From the NCBI GenBank assembly GCA_964195315.1, contig CAXMOZ010000113.1, positions 2,873-66,872 on the forward strand: 64,000 bases of DNA, written 5' to 3'. Positions within the stretch are counted from its first letter, which is position 1; every line of letters starts with the position of its first letter. The notes beneath the pieces are model-generated. The model saw only the letters and a program-made list of their open reading frames with translations. It had not been told where the DNA came from and searched no databases. Below, one piece after another: positions 60,971-64,000 of the stretch. The position numbers and the translations under genes are program-made. The DNA is from an uncultured Acidimicrobiia bacterium. Its GTDB lineage: Bacteria; Pseudomonadota; Gammaproteobacteria; GCA-001735895.

Positions 60971-62115
60971 GTGACACGCCCGTATTTAAACCTAAAAAAT
61001 CTGTAGCGCTATCTGGCACAGCGGCTGGCAATACAGCAATTTGTACTGTGGGTCGCACAGGTAACGATCTGCATTACCGTGGTTTCGATATACTCGATAT
61101 TGCCGAAACCTGCGAATTTGAAGAAGTCGCATATTTAATCGTCCATGAAAAACTGCCGACTAAAACAGAGCTGGCAGCCTACAAAGCGAAGCTACAATTG
61201 TTGCGCGATTTACCGCAGTCCGTTAAAACCGTTCTCGAGCAATTGCCTGCTAGCACCCATCCAATGGATGTGATGCGTACGGGCTGTTCTGCGCTTGGTT
61301 GTCAAACACCCGAGGCACTCGACCATGATGAAGCCGCCGCGCGTGACATTATCGATCGTTTGATGGCTTGCTTTGGTTCGATGCTGGTTTATTGGTATCA
61401 CTTCGCCAATAGCAATAAACGGATCGACTTGAATACCGATGATGATTCAATCGGTGGACATTTTCTTCACCTGTTACACGGCAAGCCGGCGCCTGAGTCC
61501 TGGATTAAGGCGATGCATATTTCTCTCATTTTATATGCCGAGCATGAATTTAATGCGTCGACTTTTGCGAGTCGTGTTATCGCGGGTACAGGGTCAGATA
61601 TGTATTCCGCGATCACCGGTGGTATTGGTGCATTACGCGGACCTAAACACGGTGGTGCGAATGAAGTTGCCTTTGAAATTCAATCCCGTTACAGCTCTGC
61701 CGATGAAGCCGAAGCTGATATCCGTGAGCGAGTTGCTAAAAAAGAAATCGTGATTGGATTTGGTCATCCGGTTTATACCGTGAGCGACCCACGAAACGAA
61801 GTTATAAAGCGAGTAGCGAAACAGCTATCTGCTGAAAACGATTCCATGCTGATGTATGACGTTGCCGAAAGACTCGAAAGCACAATGTGGGAAATGAAAA
61901 AAATGTTCCCTAACCTCGACTGGTTTTCAGCCGTGTCCTATGACCAGATGGCTGTTCCTATTGATATGTTTACGCCACTTTTTGTTATTGCTCGAACTTC
62001 CGGTTGGGGAGCACATGTCATTGAGCAGAGACAGGATGGGAAGATAATTCGTCCGTCAGCAAACTATACTGGTCCTGAAAATCTGGCGTTTGTTGCCATC
62101 GACGATCGAAACTAA
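60967..62115 (+). CDS. prpC: 2-methylcitrate synthase
   Basis: [46 protein letters not shown]. Confidence 0.96.
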   Translation: MSDTPVFKPKKSVALSGTAAGNTAICTVGRTGNDLHYRGFDILDIAETCEFEEVAYLIVHEKLPTKTELAAYKAKLQLLRDLPQSVKTVLEQLPASTHPMDVMRTGCSALGCQTPEALDHDEAAARDIIDRLMACFGSMLVYWYHFANSNKRIDLNTDDDSIGGHFLHLLHGKPAPESWIKAMHISLILYAEHEFNASTFASRVIAGTGSDMYSAITGGIGALRGPKHGGANEVAFEIQSRYSSADEAEADIRERVAKKEIVIGFGHPVYTVSDPRNEVIKRVAKQLSAENDSMLMYDVAERLESTMWEMKKMFPNLDWFSAVSYDQMAVPIDMFTPLFVIARTSGWGAHVIEQRQDGKIIRPSANYTGPENLAFVAIDDRN

Positions 62116-62148
62116 TAGCTCAGTAAATGCAGCAGTAAGAGTAGCTCT

Positions 62149-64000
62149 ATGAATACAATGCACCGCAAGCCTTTACCCAATACAGGGTTAGATTATTTCG
62201 ATACCCGTGCCGCCGTCGATGCAATCGAGTCGGGCGCGTACGACCGACTGCCCTATACCTCGCGCGTACTGGCGGAAAATTTGGTTCGGCGCTGTAACTC
62301 TGACTCACTAAATGCTGCGCTAGAGCAAATAATCGAGCGCAAACGTGATCTGGATTTCCCCTGGTATCCCGCTCGGGTAGTGTGTCATGACATCCTAGGG
62401 CAAACAGCACTGGTCGACCTTGCTGGTTTACGTGATGCGATTGCAGAGCAAGGAGGCGACCCATCGCAGGTTAATCCGGTGGTGCCAACACAGTTAATCG
62501 TCGATCACTCGCTTGCCGTCGAGCATGCTGGGTTTGAGCCTAATGCATTCGAAAAAAACCGAGCGATTGAAAATCGTCGCAATGATGATCGATTTCACTT
62601 CATTAACTGGACTAAGAAGGCCTTTAAGAATGTAGATGTCATTCAGCCGGGCAATGGCATCATGCATCAGATCAATTTGGAGAAAATGTCACCCGTGATT
62701 CAATCGCAAGATGGCATTGCTTTTCCTGATACATTAGTAGGGACGGATAGTCATACGCCTCATGTTGATGCATTAGGCGTACTTGCTATTGGCGTTGGTG
62801 GACTGGAGGCCGAGACCGTCATGCTAGGACGACCGTCTTATATGCGTCTACCTGACATTGTTGGTATCGATTTGACTGGTAAGCGACAGCCCGGCATCAC
62901 GGCTACTGACATTGTTTTGGCGATAACTGAGTTTTTGCGTGATCAAAAAGTCGTGTCATGTTATCTCGAATTCTTTGGCGAAGGCGCGACTGCTTTAACG
63001 CTGGGTGACCGTGCCACAATATCTAATATGACGCCTGAATTTGGTGCTTCGGCTGGCATGTTCTATATCGACCAACAAACTATCGATTATCTCAAACTCA
63101 CTGGGCGCGAACCCGAGCAAGTGAGTTTGGTTGAAACCTATGCCAAGCAAACTGGCCTGTGGGCCGACGACTTAGTCAACGCGGAATACGAACGAGTTTT
63201 AACATTCGATTTATCGTCAGTAGTACGAAATATTGCAGGGCCGTCAAATCCGCATCGTCGTGTGCCAACGTCAGAACTAGCTGAGCGAGGCATCTCAGGT
63301 AAAGTCGAAAACGAGGTTGGTTTAATGCCTGATGGTGCGGTCATAATCGCCGCGATTACGAGCTGCACCAATACCAGTAACCCACGTAACATGATCGCTG
63401 CGGGTCTGATTGCGCGTAAGGCGAACGAATTGGGTTTACAGCGTAAGCCTTGGGTTAAAACATCGCTTGCACCAGGGTCAAAAACTGTTCAGCTCTATTT
63501 AGAAGAGGCGAATTTACTGAACGAATTAGAACAGCTCGGATTTGGTATTGTTGGTTTTGCCTGCACCACTTGTAATGGTATGAGTGGGTCGCTTGACCCC
63601 GTCATTCAAAAAGAAGTTATTGATAGGGATCTTTACGCCACTGCTGTGTTATCTGGTAATCGAAATTTTGATGGTCGAATTCACCCTTACGCAAAGCAAG
63701 CTTTCCTCGCTTCACCACCACTGGTGGTTGCTTATGCCATTGCAGGAACAATTCGTTTTGATATCGAGAAAGACGTTCTTGGATATGATAAAACAGGCTC
63801 GGCTGTCACCTTAAAAGATATCTGGCCAGATGATGAAGAGATCGATGCAGTCGTCAAGGTGAGCGTAAAACCTGAGCAATATCGGCAGGTTTATATCCCC
63901 ATGTTTGAGGGTTCATCGGGTTCAATTGAGACAGTCAATCCATTATATGATTGGCGTCCGCAAACTACCTATATCCGACGACCGCCCTATTGGGAAGGAG
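62149..64000 (+). CDS. acnD: Fe/S-dependent 2-methylisocitrate dehydratase AcnD (partial, runs off the window end)
   Basis: Not in the ORF track. My translation gives MNTMHRKPLPNTGLDYFDTR...LPYTSRVLAENL, RVVCHDILGQTALVDL, AITSCTNTSNP. Confidence 0.93.
   Translation, partial: MNTMHRKPLPNTGLDYFDTRAAVDAIESGAYDRLPYTSRVLAENLVRRCNSDSLNAALEQIIERKRDLDFPWYPARVVCHDILGQTALVDLAGLRDAIAEQGGDPSQVNPVVPTQLIVDHSLAVEHAGFEPNAFEKNRAIENRRNDDRFHFINWTKKAFKNVDVIQPGNGIMHQINLEKMSPVIQSQDGIAFPDTLVGTDSHTPHVDALGVLAIGVGGLEAETVMLGRPSYMRLPDIVGIDLTGKRQPGITATDIVLAITEFLRDQKVVSCYLEFFGEGATALTLGDRATISNMTPEFGASAGMFYIDQQTIDYLKLTGREPEQVSLVETYAKQTGLWADDLVNAEYERVLTFDLSSVVRNIAGPSNPHRRVPTSELAERGISGKVENEVGLMPDGAVIIAAITSCTNTSNPRNMIAAGLIARKANELGLQRKPWVKTSLAPGSKTVQLYLEEANLLNELEQLGFGIVGFACTTCNGMSGSLDPVIQKEVIDRDLYATAVLSGNRNFDGRIHPYAKQAFLASPPLVVAYAIAGTIRFDIEKDVLGYDKTGSAVTLKDIWPDDEEIDAVVKVSVKPEQYRQVYIPMFEGSSGSIETVNPLYDWRPQTTYIRRPPYWEG

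Noticed and set aside
101-63814. The many short ORFs overlapping called genes (e.g. 3799-4257, 13456-13881, 37014-37463, 43614-44198)
   Set aside because: They are antisense or off-frame shadows of well-supported genes with no independent motifs
1-64000. CRISPR array, tRNA/rRNA, prophage, IS transposases, defence systems
   Set aside because: No regularly spaced repeats, RNA-gene signatures or matching protein motifs seen

Overview
A 64-kb stretch of chromosome from a probable marine or sediment gammaproteobacterium. I see no rRNA, tRNA, CRISPR array, integrase or transposase. Housekeeping genes include the fimT-pilV-pilW minor pilins, trmB, a stand-alone phosphoribulokinase, tatD, sbmA/bacA, priA, rmuC, cbpA, degQ, moaC, acnB, gltA and the methylcitrate operon (GntR-prpB-prpC-acnD). 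Two loci appear functionally linked. (i) A seven-gene corrinoid/tetrahydrofolate methyl-transfer operon at 13.4-19.7 kb encodes a corrinoid protein, DUF1638, a PF13769-type protein, a MetV-like protein, MetF, a pterin-binding methyltransferase and a RamA-type activase. It has no substrate-specific or homocysteine methyltransferase. (ii) A LysR-centred catabolic cluster at 34-42 kb encodes a non-pyrrolysine MttB, an old-yellow-enzyme-family flavoprotein, a DapA-like protein, an enolase-superfamily enzyme and a NylB-like hydrolase. The corrinoid protein has a strongly acidic N-terminal tail, and three predicted partners carry Arg-rich tails, which suggests an electrostatic docking code. Other signals: a 3.6-kb island of exported proteins bounded by two alleles of the mttB 3' end, a DARS-like DnaA-box/IHF element upstream of priA, two copies of an RPE-like MITE, a composite REP element and several pseudogenes. 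Family assignments come from motifs and recalled similarity, not database searches.
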